DNA of 64,000 nucleotides from the NCBI RefSeq assembly GCF_009914755.1, contig NC_060932.1; one strand, given 5' to 3'. Source of the stretch: the human T2T-CHM13v2.0 reference genome, Homo sapiens. Under the pieces are notes generated by a model. It had not been told where the DNA came from. It saw only the letters and a program-made list of their open reading frames with translations, and did not search any database. The first letter of the stretch is position 1, and every line of letters begins with the position of its first letter. Position numbers and translations under genes: made by a program. Positions 33,423-49,124 of the stretch are shown here, piece after piece.

Positions 33423-34249
33423 ACTAATAAAGTTGCATTTATGACAAAAATGCTGCTGTGAGCAACTGAGGCTCAATTCTTCCAGGACCCCTCAAAAAAC
33501 TGCATAAACCTCAGCAATGACCTATCATGGAGCCGGAAGGCTGGGGTGTTTATCCAGCAGCTTCTGTCCTTCATTGGTTGAGGGATGCTCCCAACGCTGT
33601 AATGTTCTGGCACTTCTAGCCTGTCTCTAGGTGGCCAGCCCAGAGAATGCTGTCAGGCAGAGATGCTGGAAGATACCAGCTCAAGGGGACTTGTCTGCAG
33701 GCAACTCTAAGAGTGGACCAATGGGATCTGGGCAGAGAACACCAACAGCATCTGCTACAATTCCCCCTCCCCAAGAATCGCCTATGGCTCCGCATTTCCT
33801 ACAGCAAGGATCAAGCTCACAGAGCAGTTGTCAGCCACTGATGTGACTGGTCGGTTGGAAAAATGCAGCATTTTGACATTCTAAATTTAAACAGGGAAAT
33901 CACATTCAGAGACTTCACACATTTGCTACTTATGCAACCTCTGAAAACTTTTCAGATCTGGACACTTGGTCTAGAAAATAAGTCCAGATTTTTTTGACTA
34001 CACACTTGGCAGCATTTGTGACCTGTTATCAAGCAAGCTTTCTAATCCTGTGTTCTTCTAATCTACTTCTTCCACACAGATTGGTCTGTCTTGTGTGTGT
34101 GTGTGTGCATGTGTGGTGTGTGTAAAACAAAATTCTAATCATGCAATACCTTCCAGAAACTTTCCACTGACCAGATCAACTTCAAATTCCTTTGTAAGGA
34201 AACGAGGGCTCCCACTATCTGGCTAACCCCTTTACAAGGATATATTATA

Positions 34250-34577
34250 CATAGTCATGCCATCCCTAGGTACTCACGGGGGATTGGTTCCAGGATCCCC
34301 ACAGATACCAAGATCCTCAGATGCTCAAGTCCATCAAATAAAATGATGTAGTATTTGTATACAACCTATACACATTCTCTTCTATATTTTAAATCATCTC
34401 TAGATTACTTATAACACCTAATACAATGTAAATGCTATGTAAATGGTTGTTATACTGTCTTTTTAATTTGTATTATTTGTATTGTTGTATTGTTATTTTT
34501 CTATTTTTTGAACATTTTTGATCCATGGTTGGCTGAATTAGAAGATTCAGAACCCATGCAGACAGAGAGCCATTGTG
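34250..34577. mobile_element. MER2-like Tigger derivative
   Basis: ggggattggttccagga...aaatcatctctagattacttataacacctaatacaatgtaaatgctatgtaaat. Confidence 0.75.
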
Positions 34578-36413
34578 TTATATATTATATATAAAAGAAT
34601 ACATCTATCTTACCCTTTACTAGGAGAGCCAATCCTATAACTCCCAGTCTAAGGCTGAAGGCCTGGGAATCAGGAGGGAGAGTGGGTGCTGGTATAAGTC
34701 CTGGAGGCTGAAAGTCTGGGCATGTGACGTTGAAGCTGAACCCAGGAGGATAAGGAAGAGGCTGCTAGGGAAGGAAGATTGCAATCAGAGCTATCCATTC
34801 CCCACGCAGAGGGTGGGGAAGCTACAAAGGCTGTGTTCACACTACGCATCAATAGATACTTACCACACCTAGGGCAGAACCTTTAGCCTGGGTCCCCCCG
34901 AAACAGGCTGAGTGTCCAGCTTCCACATAGTGTAAACAGCAGCAACGCCAAGAGACACGTGCATGGAAATGGTGGCCTTTAAAATCTTTGAAGTTCTTGG
35001 GGAATGTCGGTGACAGCTGGACATTGAAGAGCCTTTGGTGGCTCTCAGGCTGCTTCTCATTGATTGGAGGTGTCTCTAGGTCAGCACGCACAATTTGTGA
35101 TTTTTATGGTTTAGTAATAGCTTGTTGTCCATTTTCAAGGATTAAGCCAAGTGGCGTTGATGTGATGATTACAGACATAAGTGCCCTGCCCGTTACTGCA
35201 ATTAGCACTCTATTAAAACAGACAGCATTTGTACAGACAGCCTGAAGCTTCATAAGCTAAAAGGTAGAGCAACATTAAAATCTGGCCAGGAACAAGGAGA
35301 CTGTATTTTTCTGAAGAGGGCCAAGTTCCCTAAACACACCTCTGGCCAACATATGTGACTTGGCAGAGACGCATCTTTGCTAGAAAGGGGTTTTGTGAAC
35401 AGCTTTCCATTTTACCATCTACACAGGAACCAACTGAAGGCCATTAGTCATTCCATGCAACACTGCTGTGAAACATGTGAACAATCTCACCACATTGCAG
35501 TTTGACAGAAGTTATAAGGCAGGTCAATGACAGATCTGAATTCCAAGATTCGACCTTTGATCTTTTGATGTTTCTCAGCATCTTCCAGAGTGTTGTCTGA
35601 TATCTGCTTTGAGAGGCTTCAGGAGAAGAGATACGTTGCCAAGCCCAGTAGTTAATGTTTGGTTTTATAAACAATTAAACAACCATCTGTTGGTCTGCTT
35701 CAGCGGCTGTGAAAGCAAGGCTTAATTGCTGTAGGGATCAAAATGGACATGATGCGTTTGGGTGACTGCATTTTGGGTTCCGTCCCGTAGTTCCAGTCAC
35801 CGTACTATTAAAGAACTTAACATATGGGCCTGTAGTGATTTGTTGACAGTCATTCCTCTCTCCAATGGTGAGCACATCACTGCAGCAATCCTGGCTTGTC
35901 CACTACACATCCTCAGTCCTGACCAAGCATCTGGCACATAAATTGCATCAAATGAATGAGTGAATAAATGTGGATACTACAAAGATAAAAGTCCTTTATG
36001 TTTAAAAGAAGAGTTTTCCCTTTAAAATCCGCATAAAGTGTTCATATGAATGGGTTTCTTGCTAGCACCTGTGCTGGTGTAAGTGATGCACTTGTGCCTT
36101 GTCCCTGTGTGTCTGTGTTTGTGCAAGGATGGTCTATTTTGGTATGTCTTTGTTCCTTTCTGATAAGCCTTAAACTGGTCAGTTGAATCTCTCTCATTTG
36201 ATTCTGTTTCTTCTACTGTGGTTTGGTTCAGTGCTTGCGTGGAAGAAGGCATCCTTCTGCCTGTCCTGCTATAGAAAAAAAATTGCTCAGCACATAATCT
36301 GTTAGTTTCCCTCCTTGTTCTCTTGAGGCCTAAGAGTGCGCAGAATTGAATCATGCATGATGTATTTCCCAATTCTGTTAGGATTTACTTCCTAAAATTT
36401 CACTCATGCTCAC

Positions 36414-36780
36414 TGCTATGGTCTGAATGTTTGCATGCCCCCAAAATTCATATGTGGAAGTCCTAGCCCCCAAGGTGATGGTATTAGGAGTTAGACCCAA
36501 GAGGTGGTAATTAGGTTATGGGAGGGCAGAACACTCATGAGTGAGATTAGGGTCCATACAAAAGAGGCCAGAGAGAGCTCCTTTGCCCCTTCAACCACAT
36601 GAGGATACAGCAAGATGGCACTGTCTACAAGGAAGCAAAACTTCCCGAGACGCCAAAGCTGCCTGCAGCTTGATCTTGGACTTTCCAGCCTCCAGAACTG
36701 TGAGCAATAGATGTGTGTGTTATTTACAAGCCACTCTGTGGACAGTATTTTGTTATAGCAGCCTAAATGGGAATAAGATA
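36414..36780 (+). mobile_element. MaLR solo LTR (MLT1A0-like)
   Basis: Starts TGCTATGGTCTGAATGTTTG...CCCCCAAAATTCATATGT. TSD ctca(c/t). Confidence 0.8.
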
Positions 36781-36940
36781 CTCATCTATATTCATTCTGA
36801 TCTCTTTCCCACCTTTCCATACACTAAAATGCAGCGTTGCAAGAACCGTGAGATCTTGGGTCAGCTTGTGAAGTGCCAGGTTAAATAAAGCTAGCCAGAG
36901 TCCCACAATACAGGATTCCTCTGAGGCTGTTAAAAAAAAA

Positions 36941-37713
<773 letters not shown>

Positions 37714-37962
37714 GAGCCTGGTTTTGATCCCAGAATACTTTTTGTGATGACCTTCTCTCAAGAATAGTGTTCTACCCAAGCACTTTGGGGAACAGTTGCT
37801 TACTTGGCTTGTTGTTTTTCCCTGTTTCTTTACACAACCACACCTTTTCTCCAATGCCTCTCTAGAAACAAAATAATTTTCCTGTATCCAATTTTGGTCA
37901 TCTCTTAATCAAAAGTGTTGTTTAAACAAATAGGTACTGAATACATTGATAAAAGTCTTTAG

Positions 37963-38255
37963 GGCCGGGCACGGTGGCTCACGCCTGTAATCCCAGCACT
38001 TTGGGAGGCCGAGGTGGGCGGATCACGAGGTCAGGAGATGGAGACCCTCCTGGCTAACACGGTGAAACCCGGTCTCTACTAAAAATACAAGAAATTAGCT
38101 GGGCTTGGTAGCGGGCGCCTGTAGTACCAGCTACCTGGGAGGCTGAGGCAGGAGAATGGCGTGAACCCAGGAGGCGGAGTTTGCAGTGAGCCAAGATCGC
38201 ACCACTGCACTCCAACCTGGGTGACAGAGCAAGACTCCGTCTCAAAAAAATAAAA
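37963..38255 (+). mobile_element. AluY
   Basis: Sense dimer. TSD near aaa(a/g)gtcttta. Confidence 0.9.
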
Positions 38256-38503
38256 AGGTCTTTAAATATTTGCCAAACAGAGAGAGTTAGGAAATCTTGA
38301 GGCCCCTGTGCACTGTAAGGAAGGTGGCCACGACCCATGTCCTGCTTCCCCTGGGAGGAGGAGAGGTGGGCATCCCTGCCAGTGAGTGGCACAAGTGTAG
38401 AGTCTTCTGACTCACTGTTCTGTAGCTGGAAGTGGCCACAAAGGCAGTAGGCACATTTGTCCCAATAGAGGTTTTTCCACAATCCCTACAGAACCCTAAA
38501 CTC

Positions 38504-39110
<607 letters not shown>

Positions 39111-40834
39111 TTATTTATAAAAATGCCAGATGACACATATTCATGTTTTAAATTATTGTAAATTCAAATGAAAGTTAATTTTTGTTTTGGCAAGATGTTT
39201 TGAGGCTGGTATGATCCCCCCGGGCAGGAAATACTCTATTTTGAGATCTAGGGAGTTCTCAAGGTACAAAGGTCAGTGGGACATAGGATTCACATCCAAG
39301 ATGACCAACTGGCAAACTGTCCCCCCGTCCTGATCACACTCTCTCCTTGCAAGAGTCACTTGCTTCACATGCCATGTGACAAGTGCCAGTCCTGGCTGGG
39401 GGCCATGAAGAGAGGCTGCAGATAAGGATAGGGCTCAGCCACTCAAGAGCCTCCACTCCTCTCTTAACTCCCACAAACCATGCACCCAAGTGTGACACAC
39501 TATCTGCACATTGAGCTCTGGGCCTCCAGGTGTGACAAAGCCAGAGATGTCAGTGATGTCTAGCTGCCCTGGCCTCAAAGTATTCACCCACCCTAGACAA
39601 ACTTCTCAAATCAGTTTTAAATAAAATGAATTCCTTTCTGGTTTACTATAGAATTTCCCACCTCCACTGTGTTTATAGCAGGCTATTTGTTAATTTATTT
39701 TCCATGCTGTTTGAGGACGTGGGTGTACTTGAGAACTGTTTAGGGTAGCATTTTTTTCCATGTGTGGCTTCCTCCTGGAAACAGAGATATTTGGCATCTG
39801 TTCATCCATTGTGTGGCCTTTCCCTTGCACCCCAGACAAACCTCAGAAACCTGTCTCCCCAAGTGTCCCCTCTCATGGTTTTCTTCTCTACCTCCCCAGA
39901 CTTCCTTCCTGCCTGCCCTGCAGCAGCCATTCGGGGAGGCTGTAAACCTCCCCTTCTCCAGCCAGAGCTGTAGCCACCACGAGTAACCTAATCATCCTCT
40001 CTTTACCTCCTGCCTGTGAATGAGGTGGTTGTCCTAGCAGTCAAATTGAATTAAGGGCTATGTTTTCAAAATCCCAAATTTATTCTTCTGAGGCCCAGTG
40101 AAGGCCCTATAATTCAATCGAGCAGATCGGGGAAGAAAGCCAAGGTGTCCCCAAAGTGAGACCATCACCCTCTTTCATCTGCTCACTGAGAGCTGCAGCC
40201 TCGTGTGGTGTAAACAGCCTAAACTTTGGGGTCAGATCTTACTTTGAATCAAGATTCTGCTACTCACTGCTGTGTGATCTTAGGTGAGTTACTTAACTTC
40301 TCTGAGTTTCACTTTTCTTACCTATGAAAGGGGGTTAAACAAAAATACCTCCTTTTCAGGATATTGGTATCAAGTATGTAAAGTGTCTGTGCAGCAAGAA
40401 TGCTCAAAAAGTAATAGTCCTTACTGTTTAGATTGAGGCTGTGGCACATAAACCTGGGAGGTAGTAGTCAGCTCATAGTAATGAGCTGACCAGAGGGTTT
40501 TCACCCGTGGAGGTCATGGCTCCTGCTTTGCTCAAAATGCACCAGCCAGTTTGTCGATGGCAGAGACAACGTCTCACCTGGGTTGCTGACACTGCTCACG
40601 GCCACACCTTCCAAGGCTGACGCACATTCCCACGGCCTGCCCAATACAGCATGAGGCATCATCTTGGAGACTTGAACGTGAGTGTCTCCTCACCAGTAAT
40701 GACCCGACAATGAGTTTGTTTCTCACCTGGTATGAAGTGAACTTGTTTTCTAAGCCCTCAACACACCATCCTGCCCTCCTTACTGCTATCTTATCTAGGG
40801 GAAGGGAGACAGACCATCAAGACCCCTGGAAAGG

Positions 40835-41201
40835 TGACTTGGTTTGGCTGTGTCCCCACCTAAATCTCATCTTGAATTGTAGCTCCCATAATTCTCACGT
40901 GTTGTGGGAGGGACCCGGTGGGAGACAATTGAATCACAGGGACGGTTTCCCCCATACCGTTCTGGTGGTAGCGAAGAAGTCTAAGGAGATCTAATGTTTC
41001 TATAAGAGGTTTCCCCTTTTGCTTGGCTCTCATTCTCTCTTGTCTGCTGCCATGTAAGACATGCCTTTTGCCTCCCGCCATGATTGTGAGGCCTCCCAAG
41101 CCACGTAAAACTTTGCTGTGAGTCCATTAAACCTCTTTTTCTTTATACATTACCCAGTCTTGGGTAGATTTTTATCAGCAGAATGAAAACGGACTAATAC
41201 A
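40835..41201 (+). mobile_element. THE1-type MaLR solo LTR (THE1C/D-like)
   Basis: TGACTTGGTTTGGCTGTGTCCCCACC...GGACTAATACA. TSD aaag(g/a). Confidence 0.88.
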
Positions 41202-44200
41202 AAAGAGCTCCGAGAGAGGAGAAAGTCTCCACAAAGCACAGCGGACACCTGCTTACGCATGCAGGTTCCGAAGCCCTCATGCTCTCTGGCAGTCTTTCCT
41301 GAGCAGGAGGCAGGCTGGAGAGTGTCCCGTACCTTCCAGAAGTGGGCCTGGTCATGGCCAAGGTAAAGACAATGTAGGGGAATTATTAATTTCTTTTCTC
41401 CGTTCTTGGAAAAACGTATTTGACAATAACAAGTGGATAATAAACTCCGTACTAACCCACACTGGCTATGGATAATGTAGTGGCTATTGTGTAGATCTGC
41501 TCTGTGCCCATTTCCTGCTCATTCTCCTTAATTTACTGACAGAAAATGTTCCTCAACAGAGTGGTGAGCATGGAACCAGGCTGGGTCATCCCTTTGTCCA
41601 CAGTTACGCAGCCATCAGTGTCCCCTCTGGGAATTCTGTACATTGACGACAGGTGGAAGATGCCCTCTTTCCTCTCTGCTCTTTAAGTGGGGTTGATGTT
41701 AGCCCAGAGATGTGAGCAGCCATGTTCCCTGTGATGTGGAGAAGTTAATCCTAGGCCCAGTTCTGCCCCTGCCTTCCTGGTATTTGGTTATGACCCAATT
41801 CATTTCTTCTTCTGGTTTGATTAGGCTAGTTGGAGCAGCCTCTCTTTTGAAACCTAAAGAGTTGTGACTCACCTAAGGAGAGAAGCTAAGAAATCTACAA
41901 ATGCAGGAGATGATTTTGCCCCTTGAATTTGGACCAGTGTTTGATGAAAGGATGTCAGGTGTCATGAGCCAAGTCTGCTTGCTTAGAAAGGAAGTTTTTG
42001 TTACTAGAACCCTTAAAAGTCAAACTTTTCTTTCTTTCTTTCTTTCTTTCTTTCTTTTTGTTTGTTTGTTTGTTTTGAGACAGGGTCTCACTATACATCC
42101 CAGGCTGGTCTTGAACTCCTCAACCTCCTGAGTAGGTGGGATTACAGGGGTGAGTTACTGTGCCCCTGCCCAAAGTCAAAATTTCTAAGAACTTTGAAAA
42201 ACTGGCTAAAGCATGTCTTCTGTATCCTTGGACTTTTCTAGAATGAATACCTTGAGTTTTCAATGGCTCTGAGGTGCTATGTTGAAGGTGTGCCTCTGCT
42301 TATTGTTGGAAATTCACTGACTTTTTGATTACCGGGCATTAGCTTGCCTTTGGCCATTCCACAGGCTTTGGGCCCTGCCACTCACGAACTTCTTCATCAT
42401 GGTGAAGATGGGATCACTTGGGCCTGCCAATAGATCTTGTCCATCAGTGTCAGTCTGGTGCGGGATGCAGAAAAACCAGGAGCCTAGCTGGTCCTAACAC
42501 GAACGGTATCTGAATCCTTGACTCTAGACAAGTGATGGCTCTTTTCTCGGTCTGTTTTTTTCACCTGTAAACCAAGGATGCTAGCCTAGAAGATGTAAGA
42601 GGCCTTTTAACTCTAATAATCGCCAGTTTTTCAATATAATTCATAAATCAAAGTCTTGGCATTTGGAGTAAAATTAAGGGACAAAGGCTTGCTATGTGGA
42701 GCTCTTCCACCTGAGCAAACACTACGCCCACAAAGTAGAAATTCCCAGTGGCAAGGCAAACAAAAGGACCACCCTTGGAGTGGGAGAGATGAGGTTAAAG
42801 AAGTCATTGGGAGAGAGACCTCTTTTCTCAGCAGCAAATAACACTACCACTGCCAGATTAGAGGAACGTTAAAACCAAAGTTAAAACACACAGAGAGATG
42901 GGGAGGCATAAAATTGGCATTTTCATACAACTTTAGAATCTCATCAAGAAACTAAATTACCATAGTGGATAAGATACAATAACTACTCTTTTGAGTACTA
43001 ATCAGTCTCCTTGCTGTATTATGGTAATAAAACTAGGGGGTATTAGGAAGCAAGGTCATTTACACATGAAAGTTGACTTGGCTGAATATAAAATGCTTTT
43101 AGATGCTTCTCCATTGTTTTCTGACTGTAGTAGTACAAAGAGGTCAGAAGTCAGTCTGGTATTTGTTCTTCCATCAACAACTTGTTTGGGATTGGGGGTG
43201 GTATTTCCTGTGTGGATAACTTGCAGCACTTCCTCTTCTTCTTTTTTTTTTTTGGTCTTTGTAACTAAAAAATGTGGTCAATATGTGTCTAGGTGTGGGT
43301 GTTTTAAAATTGATTTTACCTGGAATTTGTGAGCCCAGTCAATCTATATACTCCAGTCTTTTTCCAGCCTGAAAATGTTTTCTTCAATAAAGTCATTATC
43401 ACTTATTTCTGTTGTTCTGGTTTCTTGATTAGTAATACTGTTAAGTCTTAAACTGAATTCCCATTGTTTATATTTATCAGAATCTATCACTTTTCTTAGT
43501 TAACTATTTATTTTCACTTATCATGTCTAACTCTATGCTCTTTTCCTGTAAAAGACCTCTTAAGGTTCACCTCCAAATCAACGTTTCCATTTTCTACACT
43601 GTCAATTTTGCTTCTTTCCACCTCCATGAGGGATTTTAATTCTTGGATTGCATTTTTTTTTGACATCCATTCTTATCGCATCTCTCTTTGTATCTTGTCT
43701 TCCTAACTTTTCATCTTATCTCTGTGTGTGGTTTTCTGTAATTCATAGACCATGTCTTCCTGCAATCCAAGATGTTTTTAAAATTTTCTTTTGTTTCCTG
43801 TAGTAAAACTATTTCACGGGGAAATTTGGCAAACTGGTGATGCCCTTGGAATAGTCACCATACACTTGATAGTTTACAAATGTGTCAGCATGTAAATTTG
43901 TGTTTCATTTTCATATACCCCAACATCTTATAATGGAGGGAAAGGCAAGTCTTTGTTTTCCAAGGTCTTGGCTCTTTTAGCCGCAAAGTGGTGCTAACAG
44001 CTCCTTCATGTTCCAGGAGCCTCTGGAGAAACTGCTTCCATAAAGTGTTTGGGAATTCTGGGCCCTCCCAAGAAGGGGCCAGAACTGTCCAAGAGTGGGA
44101 GGAGCTCCAGCCTGGTACTTCTGTGGATTTACAGAAAGATCCACCCCAGAAAGGGGGTGAATCCCCAAAGTCTGCGAGCTGCGGGACTGAAGTTTCTGCA

Positions 44201-46710
44201 GGCGGTAGGACACCCCATCTGAGTCCAACATTCTGGAAGAGGCTTCTCTCTGGGGGTGCATGAGCTTCCTGTCAGGCCTGCCAAGTGGGCATCACCAAAG
44301 CCTGCCTTGAGCAGTAGCTCCAGTGGGTAGTGAGGACCTGACCTGCACAGAGGCTGGGCTGCAGAAGGAGCAGTGCTAAGGGCTGTAACCACAGAGTCGA
44401 GGAACAAAGGACCTGTTCCCAGTTGCATGAGCCACATAAGCCAATTGACATTAAGCTTCTTGCTGGCCTTAGTAGGTGGAGGGTTAAGATCCAGATTTCA
44501 CTGTATTTAGAATCATCAAGAAATGTGACTTTTTTGCACTTGGGTTTTGTGGAGCAAGTCATCCTGATTATACATAAATATTGTTCCAGGAAATCCTCAG
44601 AATAACCCTACCAAGCAGGCATTACTATTCCCATTTTGCAGATCTGGAAACAGAGGCACAAAGTGGGCAGGTGATTTCCCCCACGCCCACAGCTCATTGT
44701 GGCAGAGTCAGCATACTCATCCAAGACCACCAGGTGACTGAGATCTTACCCTACACTTCATTATCTCTAGGGCATGAGGGTTATGTGAGTCTTCAGCTTT
44801 TTGTCTTTCTTCCTAGGAATTTCAGCAGGAAGTTAAATCAGAAACTTCCTCGCTTATTTTGCAATCGGTTCCTTCTTTTCATAAACCATGTCTTGGGACT
44901 GTTCTTAAAAATTGATAAACAGTGCTGATTTATAAGAGGGGAGAATGACAGAATTGCTTATTTACTAATCTTACAAAATTAGAAGAGAGAAATTTCTAGA
45001 TTTTATAAACTCAGGAGGAATACTTTTAAAAAGGAGGAAGGAAGAAAAAAGAATAAGGGTTAAACTCAGGGAAGAAAGGATAAGTTAATTCTCTTTTTGG
45101 AACAAAGGGCCACAACTAAAATAAGAGACAAACGACCCCCAACTTGGGAGGATTTTGCATTTGAAAATGACGAAAGAATTAACAGAAAGAAAATGGGAAT
45201 GGTGCCAAATATCTTTGTTAAGTCTGAATATATGGTTATAGCAATCTCTAAGGTTTAGATGGAAATAATGGCAAAGTTTGGCTTTGTATATTTTATAGTC
45301 CTGGCTATCTACCAAGTAAGACTCATACTAATAGTGAGTTATCAGGTTGTTGTTTTTGGTGAAGAATAATTGTATAACAAACTCGAGTAGCCTTTATAAC
45401 AAATGCGCTATTGTCCTGTACATTTTATTATATAGTAGGTGAAATAACCTCACTAGACAACGGCTGCCCCTCTGCCCTCTGAGATGCGTGTCTCCTCAGG
45501 CACACAAGCCGGGCGAGATGCAGTGAAGGAATAATCTCAACGTGTGTGACCTCCTAGTTTTAACTGCTCCATTTCAAACTCCAAAATAGCCTGTGGCTCT
45601 GCATGGAGAAATCTTTAACATGAGTTTTGAGAAGGAAGAATGCAGTCTTTAAGTCATGATTCCCTAGAGGATATCAAATAATCATGAGGAAAACCATGAA
45701 GTCAGTTCACTTCTGACTCTAAATTTCAAAGAAAAAGAGGAGTGACAGAAAATCAAAAGCTGATGGAAAACATAGTGGTGTACACTTAGGACTCATTGTA
45801 CATAAATACTTAGTTTGTTTTCCTTCATCTTTCAAGCAAATCGTTGCTTTCTTAATAGAAATATATATCATTGCATGGTTGTAAGTATGATCCAGGCAGT
45901 TTTGTAAATATCAGGACGGAACCAGCTGAAATTGCTTATACATACTCTGAAGTGCTTGCAGTATCAGAGTCATTTGATTCCAGAGGCATGCAAGAGAAAC
46001 ATCCCAGACCTAAGGCACAAGGCATGCAATAGCCAAGTGGTTAGTTACAGTCCTAAAAGCAGCTTGACATATTTTTTTTTCCTCACAAAAATGCAGGCCA
46101 CTTGTCATGAAATTCTGCATGCAATGTTGCTATGCCTTGCATTATATGTATATAAAGTTACAGGTTTAAATATAATTTATGACCACACTAGTCATGAACA
46201 GAGGATGAATAAGCAAAGAATATAAATATATACTGGTTCTGCCTAATGGTATTTAAGCCTTTGGCAAGGTGGTATTCCCTGGTTTCTAGCCTCTCCACCT
46301 TCTCCCTGACCAGCCACCACTTAATACCATTTAAGTCGACAATATGGGTTATGAAGTCCTTATTCATAATACAAATTGGCTGTGTACTTTGAGATTCAAA
46401 GCTAAAGCACTAGATAAGGTGTGCCGCTATTTTTACCCAGGCATACAGTAAATGATTCATTCGTAAAAATTCTCATATGGCTATTTTGCAAGATGAGCTA
46501 TAATTTTCCCCAAGTCCACAAACCAAGACCTTATTGAGATTATTTAACTTAATTTTCCCCAGTAGCAAGAATGAAAGGTCAATACTAACCTTCCTAAAAG
46601 GTTAGTATTCAAATCTGGCAATATGCATCCAGCCTGAAGAACATCTATACTCTGTAGGAAATAGGCAGGAATGTGGACAAAATTTAAATATGAAGATGCT
46701 TATTGAAGCA

Positions 46711-46790
46711 CTAGTTTGGTGCAAAAGTAATTTTGGTTTTTGCTGTTGCCTTTAATGGCAAAAACAGCAATTGCTTTTGCACCAACCTAA
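46711..46790. mobile_element. MADE1 (Hsmar1-derived MITE, 80 bp)
   Basis: ttggtgcaaaagtaatt...aattgcttttgcaccaacctaa, near-palindromic. Confidence 0.9.
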
Positions 46791-47136
46791 CATATTTACA
46801 ATAAAGAAAATTTGGGAAGAAAAATCTAAGTGTCCCACAATAAGAAAATAGTTAAATAAATTATGATCTCTCTATGTGAAAGAATATTATGCAGCCATTA
46901 AAAAGCATATGTCAGGAAAACTATAATACTAATATACTCAAAGTGAGAAACAGTCATGAATAAAAATCAAGATATTAAACTATATATACACACTATGATT
47001 CAGATAATATAATGTTTATGCACAGACTAAACTGAAGAAAATACAGTGAATTATATTGATAGTTATCATTGGGTAGCACTAATTCTATTTTCATCTTTAT
47101 ATTTTTCTGTATTTTCCACAATGTCTAATACTAATA

Positions 47137-47881
47137 CAATGACTTTGAACAACTTGGGTTTGAACTGCATAGGTCCACTTACATTTGGATTTTCTCCTGC
47201 CTCTGCCACTCGTGAGACGGCAAGACCAACCCCTTCACTTCCTTCTCCTTTTCAGCCTACTGAAAGTGAAGACAACCAAGATGAACACCTTTATGATGAT
47301 CCACTTCCACTTAATGAATACTAAATATATTTTCTTTCTTTCTTTTTTGAGACAGAGTCTTGTTCTGTCACCAAAGCTGGAGTGCAGTGGTGCCATCACA
47401 GCTCACTGCAGCCTTGACCTCTCCAGGCTCACATGATCCTCCCACCTCAGCCTCCTGAGTAGCTGGGATTACAGGTGTGCACCACCATGCCTGGCTAATT
47501 TTTGTATTTTTTGTAGATACAGGGTTTCACCATGTTGTCCAGGCTGGTCTTGAACTCCTGGGCTCAATGAATCTGCCCACTTTGGGCATCCCAAAGTGCT
47601 GGGATTATAGGCATAAGCCACCATACCTAGCCAACATATTTTCTCTTCCTTATGATTTCCTTAAGATTTTCTTTTCTCCAGCTTACTTTATTGTAAAACT
47701 ACAGCATAGAATACATATAACATACGTAATATGTTTAATTGACTGTTGATGTTATTGGTAAGACTTCAGGTTGGCAGCAGGCTATTGTAGTGAAGTTTTT
47801 GGCGAGTCAAAGTTATATGTCGATTTTCAACTGCACAGGGGGTTGGTGCCCCAAGCCCCCACATTGTTCAAGAGTCAACTG
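47137..47881 (+). mobile_element. Tigger2a-like DNA transposon with an AluJ insert (47330-47632, minus strand)
   Basis: Terminal inverted repeats resembling CAGTTGACCCTTGAACAAC, TA target duplication. Confidence 0.8.
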
Positions 47882-49124
47882 TAATCATAAAAAAGAATAA
47901 ACAACACAAATTAAAACATATCACGCTCACACAAAGCACTGCACAAAGTATGAAGCTGTAGAATAAAATCAGTTCTGTAGTCACATAGCTTTCAAACACG
48001 TGATCCATTTGTCAACCTCACTCAGGAACTCAAAAGCCCTCAACGGTAAGAAAAAATGCCCTAATGGGCTCTAGGAGCTTGGTGTGTAAAATACTCAAGA
48101 TCTTCTCACAAGCTGAGGACACATTATCTGCAGACAGAGGCTTATAGAGTTCCTTTGTAAGTATTCCTCTGCCTGTCCCCATGAAACATGACCTTGCAAG
48201 TCAATGTCAGTCAAATATGAAAGAGGGGCAGGGGGCCCCAGGTAACATAATGCGCCAGAACACGTCTGCGGCTCTGACAGGTGCAAACAACTCCACTCGG
48301 CTAAATATAAATTGACTCGGGCAGTTTGGAAGCAGTCTTTCCCACTTGCTATTCTGATCAAGCAAAAGAATGTTCTCTTCTTTAGTTCTGACTCCCAAGG
48401 CTGGTTATTTTTATTTAGATTAATTTTGCAATCATTTTCATTCAACGAGAAGCAAATTAGAAGTAAAAAAAAAAATTTCTCTTCCAAAATCTCCGATGAG
48501 AATAGGACTAGGTTTGAGCTGTTTTTGAAATGCATTAAGTTGAGAAGGAGGTAAAACATTTGCAATCCTTTTTAAAAGTTTCTGGATGAGCAGAAAGCTG
48601 ATGTGAACACATGTATAAAGGAACACTGTTTAATATTTAAGCCAGAAAGAGGACCTAACTTTTAATCAGCACAGTGGAAATTCTCTGGGTACTTACCGAA
48701 CTCTGCGTCTTTGCCAATTCCTGCCATGTTCCCTGACATGACCCTTTAACTCTAACTCCTCCTCCAGGATCCCAATGATCACATCTATAGGATCAGCCTC
48801 TGGTCATCCCCATTCCCCCCCCAACTCTGCTGCTAAACACACAAGGTCTTCCTCTTAACTCCCCTAACACAGAGACTTACCTTAACATACATTTATCCCA
48901 AATCAATATTTTTTTTAGCCTATGAGCTTCTCAGGGGTAAAATTATATTTCACCTATTTTTCCACGTTCAGCATCCCGGCTTAAGGAGGTTCCTTAGTAA
49001 TATGTCGTTGAATAAATGAATACATGAGTGAATGAAGAGAGGACTGAAGAAGCCACACATGAGCCTAAATGCAAGGAAAAAGATGGACAGTGCTACCACT
49101 AACAGCCATGAAAAAGAACAGTTT

